Counted from the stretch's first letter, positions 9,903 through 19,696 are shown. The stretch is 54,939 nucleotides of DNA from Treponemataceae bacterium (GCA_963649315.1 CAVJHV010000002.1:20719-75657); one strand, 5' to 3'. The notes: generated from the sequence alone by a model not told the origin. Numbers and translations are program-made.

Positions 9903-10066
9903 ACGCACAAGGGATAGTAGCCAGCGCGAAGGCTCTTTCAAGAGCCTGAGCGAAAGTTTTCAGCCGCTCTATTTGAGCGGCTGAAAACTTTGGAGCGGAG
10001 CGCAATGGCGGATAGCCCGGTTTTTGCATAGTGAAGGCCCTGCCTGAACTGTGCAAAAATGCGCCC
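9903..10066. repeat. Multi-hairpin element related to family A interiors
   Basis: Three hairpins; shares CAGCGCGAAGGC..GCCTGA(A)GCGAA with A6 and a long stem ending CTTTGGAGCG with A7. Confidence 0.6.
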
Positions 10067-10142
10067 AAAAAAAGATTTTACTTTTTGCAGACGGCCTTTT
10101 TCATTGACTGAAAGCCTTTAAAATAATAAGATATTCAGCATT

Positions 10143-11972
10143 ATGACCGCTAACGAGTTACGTTCTAAGTATATCGAATTTTTTAAGTCAAAGAATCATG
10201 TTGAAATTTCAGGTCAGTCTTTGATTCCTGAAAATGACCCTTCAGTTCTTTTTACAACTGCCGGAATGCATCCTCTGGTGCCTTATCTTTTGGGTGAACC
10301 GCACCCTGCCGGCACCCGCCTTACTGATTATCAGAAGTGTGTGCGCACCGGTGATATTGATGAAGTTGGAGACCCTAGTCATTTGACTATGTTTGAAATG
10401 CTGGGCAACTGGTCTTTGGGTGACTACTTTAAAAAAGAATCAATTTCTTATTCTTATGAATTTCTTACTGGAAAAGACTGGCTGGCTTTGGATCCCCGCA
10501 TGATTTCTGTTACTGTTTTTGCTGGGGATGAAAATGCGCCTCGCGATGAAGAAGCGGCTGCTGTCTGGCTTTCTGTTGGTATGCCGGAAGATAAAATTGC
10601 ATATTTGCCGGCAAGCGACAACTGGTGGGCTGCAGGTCCGACTGGTCCTTGCGGTCCGGATACTGAAATTTTTTACTGGGTGGGCCAGGGGCTGCCTCCT
10701 GAGGGGTCAAATAAGGCTACTGACAGCGCTAACTGGATGGAAATATGGAATAATGTTTTTATGCAGTTTAACCGCGTGGACGAAAAAACTTTAGAGCCTC
10801 TTCCAAAGAAAAATGTTGATACTGGAATGGGTCTTGAAAGAACAAACTGTATTTTGCAAGGAAAAACTTCGGTTTACCTAACAGAGGTTTTCCTGCCGAT
10901 TATTGGTAAAATAGAAGAACTTTCAGGCTACAAGTATGGCGATGATGAAACAAAGGATGTGTCTGTACGCATTATTGCTGACCATGCCCGTTCTGCTGCA
11001 TTTATTTTGGGTGACCAGAAGGGGGTTACTCCGGATCGTGTGGGTGCCGGCTACGTTTTGCGCCGCCTTATCCGCCGTGCTGTCCGCCATGGAATGAAGC
11101 TGGGTATTGATAAGGATTTTATGGCAGATATTGCTAAGGTTGTAGTTGAAAACTTTAAAAATGCCTACCCTGAACTTGAAGAAAATAAGGAAAAAATCTT
11201 TAGTGAACTTACAAAGGAAGAAGCTAAATTCCGCAGCACTTTAAAGAAGGGTGAAGCTGAATTCCAGAAGATGCTTCCAAATCTGAATAAAAATCCAAAA
11301 AAGATTATTTCTGGAAAGGTAGCCTACAATCTTTACGAAACATACGGTTATCCTCTTGAACTTACAGAGGAACTGGGCAAGGAAAATGGCCTTAGTGTGG
11401 ATGTAGAAGGATTTAAGGAAGCTGAACGCAAGCACCAGGAAGCTTCTAAAACTGCAGAAGCCGGTAAGGCCAAGGGCGGTATTGCTGAACAGTCTGATGT
11501 GGCTACAAAGTACCACACCGCTACCCATCTTTTGCAGCAGGCTTTGACTGATGTTTTGGGTAACCAGGTTGCACAGAAGGGGTCAAATATTAATGCTGAG
11601 CGCATGCGCTTTGACTTTACTTTTGAACGCCCTATGACAAAGGAAGAAATTCAAAAGGTCGAAGATATTGTCAACGAAAAAATCAAGGAAGATTTGCCTG
11701 TTACTATGGAAGTAATGACTTTGGATCAGGCTAAGGCTGAGGGAGCAAGGGCCCTTTTCGTAAACAAATACGGTGAACAGGTTAAGGTTTACACAATTGG
11801 CCGTGACCCTAAGAGTGACTGGTATTCAAAAGAAGTTTGCGGTGGTCCTCACGTGCAGCATACTTTGCAGATTGGTGACTTTAAGATTGTAAAGGAACAG
11901 TCTTCTTCTGCTGGGGTTCGCCGTATTAAGGCTGTAATTTCCGGCGGTTTGCCGCTTGAAAAGGCAAAATAG
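10143..11972 (+). CDS. alaS: Alanine--tRNA ligase (short form lacking C-Ala domain)
   Basis: FTTAGM, EMLGNWSLGDYFK, DTGMGLER; editing motifs HTATH and CGGPH; GVRRI. Confidence 0.97.
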   Translation: MTANELRSKYIEFFKSKNHVEISGQSLIPENDPSVLFTTAGMHPLVPYLLGEPHPAGTRLTDYQKCVRTGDIDEVGDPSHLTMFEMLGNWSLGDYFKKESISYSYEFLTGKDWLALDPRMISVTVFAGDENAPRDEEAAAVWLSVGMPEDKIAYLPASDNWWAAGPTGPCGPDTEIFYWVGQGLPPEGSNKATDSANWMEIWNNVFMQFNRVDEKTLEPLPKKNVDTGMGLERTNCILQGKTSVYLTEVFLPIIGKIEELSGYKYGDDETKDVSVRIIADHARSAAFILGDQKGVTPDRVGAGYVLRRLIRRAVRHGMKLGIDKDFMADIAKVVVENFKNAYPELEENKEKIFSELTKEEAKFRSTLKKGEAEFQKMLPNLNKNPKKIISGKVAYNLYETYGYPLELTEELGKENGLSVDVEGFKEAERKHQEASKTAEAGKAKGGIAEQSDVATKYHTATHLLQQALTDVLGNQVAQKGSNINAERMRFDFTFERPMTKEEIQKVEDIVNEKIKEDLPVTMEVMTLDQAKAEGARALFVNKYGEQVKVYTIGRDPKSDWYSKEVCGGPHVQHTLQIGDFKIVKEQSSSAGVRRIKAVISGGLPLEKAK

Positions 11973-12168
11973 GCAGGGCTGTCTCTGAAAGTCCGCTTTT
12001 GGAGGCGCTCTACCCTTAATTTCTTACAAAAAGTTATTTGTTTTGTAACGAAAAAAAAGCAGAAGTGTTTCTTTTGTTAGAAAGATTTATGGTATATAAT
12101 AGAATGAGTTTTGTGTCTGGCATAAAACATCATTTTTCCATAAAAAAATCATTTTATACGAGGATTTT

Positions 12169-13257
12169 ATGAAACGTCGTTTTTTATTAGTTTTTGTAGC
12201 TTTTATGGCAGCAGCAACAGCTTTTGCCCAGAATGATTTGCAGCCTCTTGCAATTGTAAAGCTGAATAAATCGGAAACAATTACATTAAAGACTCTTAAA
12301 ACAAGGGTGAATTTTATTCAAAAGCAATATGACGCTTACGGTGTAAAACTGACTGCAAAAGAAAGGCTGGAAGTTCTTGAATCCCTTATTGATGAAAAAC
12401 TTATTGTTCAGGCTGCTGCTAAAGAAAATCTTACTATTACAGACAGTCAGGTTAATCAGGCCTTTCTTTCTACATTCAGCCAGCAGCTGGGCCGCAATGT
12501 TACAGAAAGCGAACTTGAAAGCCTTATCAAGGAACAGACAAAGTTGAGCCTTAACGACTACCTTTTGCAGAACACAGGCATGGGCACAAGTGATTACAAG
12601 ACTTACCTTAAAAACCAGCTGATTGTTCAGCAGTATGTTTATACGAAAAAACAGCAGCAGATTGTAGCAGTTGCCGCAACAGACAAAGAAATCCGTGACT
12701 TTTATGATTTAAATAAGTCCAGCTTTATTTGGAATGATATGCTGCGCCTTTACCTGGTAATTGTTCCAAAGGGCAGTGATGCTACAGCTGCAAAGGCTTT
12801 GTGCACTCAGCTTAGAAATCAATATAATGCAGCCCCTTCAACAGCAGGTGACACTATTGCCAAGGACACAAGGAACGGCAAAAACTTCCAGGCAGGTACA
12901 ATTGTTGTACAAAAGACTTCTGCCCAGGCTGCTCAGTTGGGCTGGGATATGAATAAGATTGTAGAACTTTTTGAAAAGAAGGTGGGGACTGTTTCTGAAG
13001 TAAGTGAAACTTCTTCTGACTTTCAGTTCTATGCTGTTCAAAAGAAGTATGATGGAAAAATGCTTTCTTTGAGCGATATTGTTCAGCCGGAAACAACTGT
13101 GACAGTTTATGACTACATTAAGCAAAATCTTACTGTACAAAAGCAGCAGCAGTATTTTTCTCAGGCAGCCCAGGAAGTTGCAGATTCTCTTGACACTACT
13201 GCAAATGTAGAACGCAAGAAGACTGGTGCTGATCTTACAAGTCTTTTAAGCTGGTAG
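12169..13257 (+). CDS. SurA/PrsA-like periplasmic chaperone
   Basis: Signal peptide; SurA N-terminal-like LESLIDEKLIVQAA; position between alaS and nusB as in treponemes. Confidence 0.7.
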   Translation: MKRRFLLVFVAFMAAATAFAQNDLQPLAIVKLNKSETITLKTLKTRVNFIQKQYDAYGVKLTAKERLEVLESLIDEKLIVQAAAKENLTITDSQVNQAFLSTFSQQLGRNVTESELESLIKEQTKLSLNDYLLQNTGMGTSDYKTYLKNQLIVQQYVYTKKQQQIVAVAATDKEIRDFYDLNKSSFIWNDMLRLYLVIVPKGSDATAAKALCTQLRNQYNAAPSTAGDTIAKDTRNGKNFQAGTIVVQKTSAQAAQLGWDMNKIVELFEKKVGTVSEVSETSSDFQFYAVQKKYDGKMLSLSDIVQPETTVTVYDYIKQNLTVQKQQQYFSQAAQEVADSLDTTANVERKKTGADLTSLLSW

Positions 13258-13264
13258 GTTCAAG

Positions 13265-13762
13265 GTGTCACGTAGAAGAGGAAGAATCCTGGCTTTTCAG
13301 GCCCTTTATTCATACGATGTAGGCGGTCTTACTTTGGACCGTGTAATGGAACTTGAATGGGACAAAAAAGATTACAGGTCGAATGTAAATGCGGATCTGG
13401 GAACTGGGGAATCCGATCCTAGTGGTAATGCCGGCAGCCAGTCTTTGTCCAGTGATGAAACAAAGGATTATGCACGTCTTTTGATTGCAGGAACAATAAA
13501 TCACCTTGCCCAGGTTGACCACGAAATAGAAAATCATCTTTCTGAAAAGTGGGAAATGGCCCGCTTGAACAAGGTGTCTCTTGCAATTTTACGCCTTTCT
13601 GTTTTTGAATTGATGTTTCAGCCGGATTTAGCTTCTTCAATTGTAATTGATGAGGCAATCCGTATTGCAAAAGAATATGGTGAAGAAGATTCCTACAGAT
13701 TTATCAATGCAATTCTTGACAGAATAAGGCGGGATGTAAAGTCTGATGGTTTGCACAACTAG
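13265..13762 (+). CDS. nusB: Transcription antitermination factor NusB
   Basis: RRRGRILAFQALY, AILRLSVFEL, IDEAIRIAKEY, FINAILD; GTG start. Confidence 0.95.
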   Translation: MSRRRGRILAFQALYSYDVGGLTLDRVMELEWDKKDYRSNVNADLGTGESDPSGNAGSQSLSSDETKDYARLLIAGTINHLAQVDHEIENHLSEKWEMARLNKVSLAILRLSVFELMFQPDLASSIVIDEAIRIAKEYGEEDSYRFINAILDRIRRDVKSDGLHN

Positions 13763-15692
13763 AATCCTGAAAAAGTTAATTTTCACACTTACAGCGGCAC
13801 TTATGACGGTGTCGCTTTTTCTTTCATGTAGTCAAAAGATAACTTCTTTTGGCATTATCAGTCGCTTAGATGAAATAGATGCCTTGATTTCTATCGGGGA
13901 CACTTCTTTAGCTCTTTCAAAATTAAAGGAAGCGGAAAAATTTTCTTCTCAGGCTATGGATTTTGTGGGCATTTACAGGCGCTATCTTTCTTTGGGGGAA
14001 GATAGCGCGGGCTTAAAGCTTTTGGAAAAGACTATGAAAAAGTATCCGGGCCAGGGGGAACTTCTGGCACTGCACGTGCACTATCTTTTGCGCCACAAGC
14101 AGACGGACAAGGCTTTTGAAGAAGCATCTGCTCTGGAAAAAACGAAATATGCTTCCTTGTATTCGGAAGCCCTTTTTTCTTACGCCTTGGAACATAATTT
14201 AACGGCAGACCAGCTTTTTGCTCCTACAAAAAAAGAAAAGAGGGCTTTAAAAAAGGGTAAAAGGCTGAACACGGAAGAGACTGCTCTTTCAGGTCAGGAT
14301 GGAAAGAGCAGACAGTACAATAATGTGGAAAGTGAATTTTACCTGGATGGCCGTTTTATTCCTTTTTATGTTTATGCTTATAATGGTTCCATGGTGAGTG
14401 AATGGCTTATAAATGCTGCCTGCCTTTACATGAGGGACGGTCAGGTGGAAAAGGCTGCCAGCCTTTTGCCTGAAACTTTCAGCCGCGTAAAAGATTCGTA
14501 TTTTTGGGCCAGCCTTACTTTTGATGCTTCCCTTTATGCGGAAAGCCTGGACTGTTTAAATGCTGCAAGATCCATGTGGTCCAGTGACATTTATTCTGTA
14601 AAGTCCATAGCCCTTATGTCTGATGATTATTACATTCTGGGTGAAGATCAGGAAGCGGAAAAGGCCCGTACTGCGCTTTTTACCATGCAGATGGATGACA
14701 AGGCCCTTAAAGCTTATGACAAAATTCTACCTGCCATTTATTTAAATTCGGCCCTTTATTCAAGGCAAAATGATGATGTAAAAAGTCAGTACCAGAGACT
14801 GGATTTTCTTGTAAACAACTTTCCCCTTTACGAACCGGGCCTGGCCCTTTACTGCCAGATGGCTTTGGACACTTTAAACGAGGCTGAAGAAGAGTCTCTT
14901 TCTAAAAAGTTGAGGGAAGCTGGGCTGAAAACACAGGCTATGGAAAGGCGGGATGCCCTGCCACGCGTTTCTTTAGAGGACGCAGTCAGCCGTGTGGACT
15001 CTGCCCTGACTGAAAGTTCCAGCCCTTCGCTTTTGGTTCTTAAGGAAGACATTTATTACCTTACCCACCGCGACGACAGTCCTGGTTTAAAGCAGGCCAG
15101 GTTGTGGAAGCTTTTGGAAGCGAATGAAGCCTATGCCGGCCATTATCCAGAAGAAATTGTTAAACATGCGGTTTTTAAATTGCTTTCTCTGGGGCAGGAG
15201 GAAGATGCAAAGGCAATGTTCAGCGAGTATCTGCTTTCAGCTTATTCTTTGACCCTGGACGATATTGCGGATTTTGCTATTCCGGACAGATTTGCTTCAT
15301 GGGAATACCAGGTGACGGCATGGTTTATGAAGGATTTGAATGTTTCCCGTGCCAGGGAACTTTATGAATATATTGTTGACCGCTTTAAGCAGCGTAATGC
15401 CAGAAGCCAGAAGCAAAGCCAGAATGATGCGTTGGTGAATGCCCTGGTAAATTTAGCGGTTATTTATGAAGGTCAGAATTTAAGGCAAAATGCACTGGAG
15501 TCTTTGAACCAGGCCCAGGGCCGCTGCCTTGATGCTAAGTTGAAGGCCCTTATTCTTTACAGAATGGCAAAAATTCAAAAATCCCTGGACATGGAAGCGG
15601 CGGCCATTCAGTCTTTGCGCTATGCCTTAACTTTGGATCAGGGCAACAACAAGGCAAGACTTTTGTTAAAAGAACTGACTAATGTTTACTAA
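13746..15692 (+). CDS. TPR-repeat protein, probable lipoprotein
   Basis: Signal ending FLSC; helical repeats; C-terminal TPR-like pattern. Confidence 0.7.
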   Translation: MVCTTRILKKLIFTLTAALMTVSLFLSCSQKITSFGIISRLDEIDALISIGDTSLALSKLKEAEKFSSQAMDFVGIYRRYLSLGEDSAGLKLLEKTMKKYPGQGELLALHVHYLLRHKQTDKAFEEASALEKTKYASLYSEALFSYALEHNLTADQLFAPTKKEKRALKKGKRLNTEETALSGQDGKSRQYNNVESEFYLDGRFIPFYVYAYNGSMVSEWLINAACLYMRDGQVEKAASLLPETFSRVKDSYFWASLTFDASLYAESLDCLNAARSMWSSDIYSVKSIALMSDDYYILGEDQEAEKARTALFTMQMDDKALKAYDKILPAIYLNSALYSRQNDDVKSQYQRLDFLVNNFPLYEPGLALYCQMALDTLNEAEEESLSKKLREAGLKTQAMERRDALPRVSLEDAVSRVDSALTESSSPSLLVLKEDIYYLTHRDDSPGLKQARLWKLLEANEAYAGHYPEEIVKHAVFKLLSLGQEEDAKAMFSEYLLSAYSLTLDDIADFAIPDRFASWEYQVTAWFMKDLNVSRARELYEYIVDRFKQRNARSQKQSQNDALVNALVNLAVIYEGQNLRQNALESLNQAQGRCLDAKLKALILYRMAKIQKSLDMEAAAIQSLRYALTLDQGNNKARLLLKELTNVY

Positions 15693-15723
15693 ATGATTTT
15701 TTTTGGGATTTTAGACTAGCCCC

Positions 15724-15878
15724 TTTTTAAAGCGCTGGTGCTTTACGAAAGGCCTTTTGTTTTCCAAAATGCGCCTAGCCGGCCGTGGAGTGGTTTGCCG
15801 AAGGCAAAGTGCAAAGCACCGAGGCGAATAGCCGAGCCACGGAAGGGCCGTTAAAGTCAGGAGGAATGCTTAAAAAAA
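15724..15878 (-). repeat. Family A copy A2 with attached 19-bp-period motifs
   Basis: On +: TTTACGAAA (15742), TTTCCAAAA (15761), then GCGCCTAGCCGGCCGTGGAG...GGAAGGGCCGTTAAA. Confidence 0.8.
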
Positions 15879-15960
15879 TATTGCCTTTTGAATTTTTTTT
15901 TATTATCTTTCTTACTGCAAATGAAAAATAAATTTTGTTAATCAAAATTGGAGGAATATT

Positions 15961-16236
15961 ATGGTAGTACGTCCACTTGGAGACAGGGTGCTGGTAAAGC
16001 AGGTCAAGGCTGAAGCAAAATCAGCCGGCGGTATTATTATTCCTGAAATTGCTCAGGAAAAGACAAATCAGGCTGTTGTTGTTGCTGTTGGCAATGGAAC
16101 AGAAAAGGAACCAATTACTGTAAAGGTTGGCGAAATGGTTATTTATGATAAATATTCTGGAACCAGCGTAAAAATTGACGGTGACGAACACATCATCTTA
16201 AAGATGTCAGACGTTATTGCTGTTGTTGAAGGCTGA
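15961..16236 (+). CDS. groES: Co-chaperonin GroES
   Basis: RPLGDRVLV, GGIIIP, VKVGE.V.Y.KYSG. Confidence 0.97.
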   Translation: MVVRPLGDRVLVKQVKAEAKSAGGIIIPEIAQEKTNQAVVVAVGNGTEKEPITVKVGEMVIYDKYSGTSVKIDGDEHIILKMSDVIAVVEG

Positions 16237-16290
16237 TTTTAGGAATTTATTTCTCTCAAGAGGCTTTTCTTTAAGGGAAAGCATTTTTAG

Positions 16291-16399
16291 TGCGTCAAAA
16301 TGATGCGGAATTTTGTAAAAAAAATCCCACTGTGTCATTTTGGCGCATTTTCTTTTTTTAAATTTGACTTTTTTGCCTGCTTTGTGGCATTTTGACCAG
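16291..16399. promoter_or_regulatory. Putative enhancer (bEBP) binding sites
   Basis: TGCGTCA-AAA-TGATGCG (16291-16307), TGTGTCA-TTT-TGGCGCA (16331-16347) and a weaker TGTGGCA-TTT-TGACCAG (16383-16399). Confidence 0.65.
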
Positions 16400-16516
16400 A
16401 ATTTTTTGTCTGGAAAATGTAAAAATCATTTAAAAAACGGGTGAAAGCGTCTGTAAATTAGAGAAAATCCAAAAAAAATCGAAAAAAACAAAAAGAAATT
16501 AGAAAAATCTGGAAGT

Positions 16517-16532
16517 TGGCACAAAACTTGCT
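16517..16532 (+). promoter_or_regulatory. sigma54 (RpoN) -24/-12 promoter
   Basis: TGGCAC-AAAAC-TTGCT is an exact match to TGGCAC-N5-TTGCW, 36 nt before the sigma-factor ATG. Confidence 0.85.
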
Positions 16533-16568
16533 AAATATTTAGTATCCCAAAGAAAAAGGTGGTTTACT

Positions 16569-17411
16569 ATGAAAGCTGTTGATGATGATGTTTTAACTTC
16601 TTACCTTAAAGATATTCAAAAAATCCCTCTTTTAACACATGAAGAAGAGATAGAACTTTCTAAAAAAGCCCAATCTGGTGACAAAAAGGCAAAGGATAAA
16701 ATTGTTAATGCAAACTTGCGTTTTGTAGTAAATGTTGCAAAACAGTACCAGAACCAGGGACTTGATTTGCCGGATCTTATTTCTGAAGGAAATATTGGTC
16801 TTTTGATTGCCATTGAAAAGTTTGATGTAAACAAGGGCTATCATTTTATTTCTTATGCTGTATGGTGGATCAGGCAGTCAATTATGAAGGCTATTTACGA
16901 AAAAAGCCGGGCCATCCGCATTCCTCTTAACAGGGTAAACGAACTGGTTAAAATTCAAAATGTAAAGAAATCAATTAATTCCAGCCTTAGTGAAAGCCAG
17001 CAGATTGAAGAAATTTGCAAGGTTTTGGGAATGGATGTAAGTCATGTAAGGGAAATGCTTGAAATTTCACATGAAATGGTAAGCATTGATGCCCAGGTGC
17101 AGGGGGGGGATGCTTCTAAATCAACTTTAGGTGACTTTATTGAAGATACTTCTTATTCCAGCCCGGAAGCTCATGCTATGGATGAATCTATGAAGGCAGA
17201 TATTAACATGGTGCTTAAAACACTTAAGCCTACAGAAGAAAAGGTTATCCGCATGAGATTTGGTTTGGGCGGTGAAAAACCTATGTCTTTAAAGGAAGTA
17301 GGTCTAGCCTGCAATCTTACGAAGGAAAGAATCCGCCAGATAGAAAAAAATGCTATTTGCAGAATGCAGCAGCCTTCAAGAAAGAGCCGCCTGGCATCGT
17401 ATGTAGCTTAG
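16569..17411 (+). CDS. sigma70-family factor with regions 1.2-4 and no region 1.1 (group 2 / RpoS-like architecture)
   Basis: YLKDIQKIPLLTHEEE (1.2), NLRFVVNVAK/DLISEGNIGL/SYAVWWIRQSI (2), SLKEVG..LTKERIRQIE (4). Confidence 0.92.
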   Translation: MKAVDDDVLTSYLKDIQKIPLLTHEEEIELSKKAQSGDKKAKDKIVNANLRFVVNVAKQYQNQGLDLPDLISEGNIGLLIAIEKFDVNKGYHFISYAVWWIRQSIMKAIYEKSRAIRIPLNRVNELVKIQNVKKSINSSLSESQQIEEICKVLGMDVSHVREMLEISHEMVSIDAQVQGGDASKSTLGDFIEDTSYSSPEAHAMDESMKADINMVLKTLKPTEEKVIRMRFGLGGEKPMSLKEVGLACNLTKERIRQIEKNAICRMQQPSRKSRLASYVA

Positions 17412-17439
17412 TGCTGGTCATCTCCAAAAATTACAATCT

Positions 17440-19662
17440 TTAGAGACTTTGCCCGGATTTTATGAATTTGAATGCGTCATAGCGGGCAAGTTTTAATACT
17501 TCTTTGTCACGCACTAAATCTGAAAGACCCAGTGCCAGGTAGCCGGACTGTAAGGTTCCGCTTACTTCGCCTGGGCCTCTGAGTTTTAAATCTTCTTCGG
17601 CGATTTTAAAGCCGTCTTTTGTTTCGTAAAGGGCTTTTAAGCGGCTCTTTCCTTCCTGGCTGATGTTTTTGGAATAAATTAAAAAACAGTAGGACTGTAA
17701 GGCTGACCGGCCCACTCTGCCGCGTAGCTGGTGCAGGGCAGCAAGACCGAATCTTTCGGCTCCTTCAATAACCATGCAGTTGGCATTTGCTACATCCACT
17801 CCAACTTCTACGACTGTTGTTGCCACAAGGACAGAAATTTTTCCGGCCCTGAAATTTTCAAGGATTTTAGACTGGTCTTCTTCAGAAACCTTAGAATGGA
17901 TTAAGGCGCATTTGTATTCCGGGTAAACCTGCTGGGAAAGGAAAGTGAACATTTCTTCTGCGGATTTTATGTCCTGGCCGGCAGTGTCATTTTTTTGCTC
18001 ATTTTCTTCTGGTTGCAAATCTGAAAAATCTTCTTTTTCGTCAATTTCTTTTTCACTTATGCGGGGGTAAACAAAATAGGCCTGGTGACCGGCTTTCAGT
18101 TCCCTGCGGACGGCTTCGTAGGCGTTGGCTTCGTGACCGGCAACTGTTAAGTGAGTGATAATTTCTTTTCGGCCCTGGGGCATTGTTTTTATGACAGACA
18201 CATCTAAATCACCAAAAACTGTGAGGGCAAGTGTTTGCGGTATTGGAGTGGCGCTCATCATTAGGAGGTCAGGTGTGTGGGTGAGACTGCCGTTGGAGAT
18301 GCGGCCTTTTTGTATGATGGATTCCCTCTGGCTGACTCCAAAGCGGTGCTGTTCGTCAATAACGGCCAGTGTCAGTTTTTTGTAAGAGACGTTCTGGCTG
18401 AAGAGGGCGTGGGTGCCGATTACAATGTTTACAAGACCTTCTTTTAGTGCGTTTAACAGAGTGCTGCGGCCCTTGCTTTTTACGTTGCCAGTTAAAAATG
18501 CAACTTTTACTCCCAGGGCTTCCAAAAGCCGGGCGGCGTTTTCGGCGTGCTGCTTTGCTAAAAGCTCTGTTGGGGCCAGAATGGCACACTGGCCGCCGTA
18601 GTCAATGCTTCTAAGGCAGATAAAAAATGCGACAAGTGTTTTTCCGCTGCCAACGTCACCCTGCAAAAGGCGCTGCATGCTGAAGGGGTTTGCCTTTAAT
18701 TTTTCCGGATTTGTGATCATCGTGTTGGCCTGGGCCTGGCTTTTGTCAATTTCTCGGTTCATTTCAAGAATGACGGATTTTTGATCTGCAGTTAAAGAGA
18801 AAGGCAGTCTTTTAAAAAGTTCCTGCTGCAGGGGCGACAGTGAAAGGCGGAATTTTTCATCCACTTCTTTTTGGTCTGAAAGAGAAGGACTTTTTTCCTG
18901 ACTGGAAATTTCCAGGGCTGGCAGGGAACCTCTGTGGTCCAGGGAACGGAGGGCCAGTTTGTATTCAAAAAAGAAAAGTTCTTCGTAGATGATGGTTTTT
19001 CTTGCCAGGTTTATGTCCTGAAGATTTTGCGGATTGTGAATTTTAAAAAGGCTTTCGCTTTTGGAAAGAAGATTTCTTTCTTTTACAATCTGAGATGGCA
19101 GGTCATCTTCTATGGATTTGCCATAAATGCGGAGGGCTTCTTTTACAGCCTTCTGGTAATTTTTTTGACTTAGGCCCTGGCAAAGGGAATAAATGGGGAG
19201 CATGCCTGTAGAAAGGTGAAAGTTTTTCTGAATTTCTTCAAGATTTCCATCATGTGAAATAACTTCTGCTTCAAAAGATGTGGACTGAATCTGGCCGTAG
19301 CGTTCTTCAAATTTTCCGCACACTTGAATAATGGAAGACACAGGCAGGCTTTTTTCTAAAAATGGGCGGTTGAAGGCTACCAGACAGGCTTTTGCGCTTC
19401 CGTCTGAAATGAAAATTTTTAAGGTTTTCATTTTTCCGTAGCCGAACCATTCGTGTGAAAGCACTTTGCAAATTGTGTAAACTTTTGGATAAAGCTGAAA
19501 CTGGCAGAGGGGAATTTTTTTACTTCTGTCTTCATATTTTTTGGGATATGCAGAAAGAAGGTCTGCAATAGTAAAAATGTTCAGGCGTGAAAAAAGTTTT
19601 GCTTTTGCAGGGCCTAAGCCGCTTAGAGATTCCAGACTGTTTTGTATTTGTGAAAGCTTCAT
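17440..19662 (-). CDS. recG: ATP-dependent DNA helicase RecG
   Basis: RLLQGDVGSGKT, DEQHRFGV, MSATPIP, QLRGRVGR, DLKLRGPGE. Confidence 0.96.
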   Translation of the reverse strand: MKLSQIQNSLESLSGLGPAKAKLFSRLNIFTIADLLSAYPKKYEDRSKKIPLCQFQLYPKVYTICKVLSHEWFGYGKMKTLKIFISDGSAKACLVAFNRPFLEKSLPVSSIIQVCGKFEERYGQIQSTSFEAEVISHDGNLEEIQKNFHLSTGMLPIYSLCQGLSQKNYQKAVKEALRIYGKSIEDDLPSQIVKERNLLSKSESLFKIHNPQNLQDINLARKTIIYEELFFFEYKLALRSLDHRGSLPALEISSQEKSPSLSDQKEVDEKFRLSLSPLQQELFKRLPFSLTADQKSVILEMNREIDKSQAQANTMITNPEKLKANPFSMQRLLQGDVGSGKTLVAFFICLRSIDYGGQCAILAPTELLAKQHAENAARLLEALGVKVAFLTGNVKSKGRSTLLNALKEGLVNIVIGTHALFSQNVSYKKLTLAVIDEQHRFGVSQRESIIQKGRISNGSLTHTPDLLMMSATPIPQTLALTVFGDLDVSVIKTMPQGRKEIITHLTVAGHEANAYEAVRRELKAGHQAYFVYPRISEKEIDEKEDFSDLQPEENEQKNDTAGQDIKSAEEMFTFLSQQVYPEYKCALIHSKVSEEDQSKILENFRAGKISVLVATTVVEVGVDVANANCMVIEGAERFGLAALHQLRGRVGRSALQSYCFLIYSKNISQEGKSRLKALYETKDGFKIAEEDLKLRGPGEVSGTLQSGYLALGLSDLVRDKEVLKLARYDAFKFIKSGQSL

Positions 19663-19667
19663 ACCCT

Positions 19668-19696
19668 ATTATGTGATTTTTTTCCTAAAATGGCAA
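19668..19696 (-). promoter_or_regulatory. Putative leaderless promoter of recG
   Basis: On - strand TTGCCA-N17-CATAAT-N5-ATG, with no SD. Confidence 0.6.

Noticed and set aside
9903..10142. T-box riboswitch upstream of alaS
   Set aside because: No T-box consensus (GGTGGnACCGCG), and the apparent promoter lies downstream of the structure
10143..11972. AlaRS of only 609 aa as a possible truncation
   Set aside because: Catalytic and editing domains are complete, and short AlaRS lacking C-Ala is known in spirochetes
15771..15856. Family A as integron attC sites (GCCTAGC...GTTAAAC/G resembles RYYYAAC...GTTRRRY)
   Set aside because: The left box lacks the invariant AAC, copies occur in both orientations between housekeeping genes rather than after cassettes, and no integrase is present
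15961..16236. groES without groEL
   Set aside because: Separation of groES and groEL is already known in spirochetes such as Treponema and Borrelia
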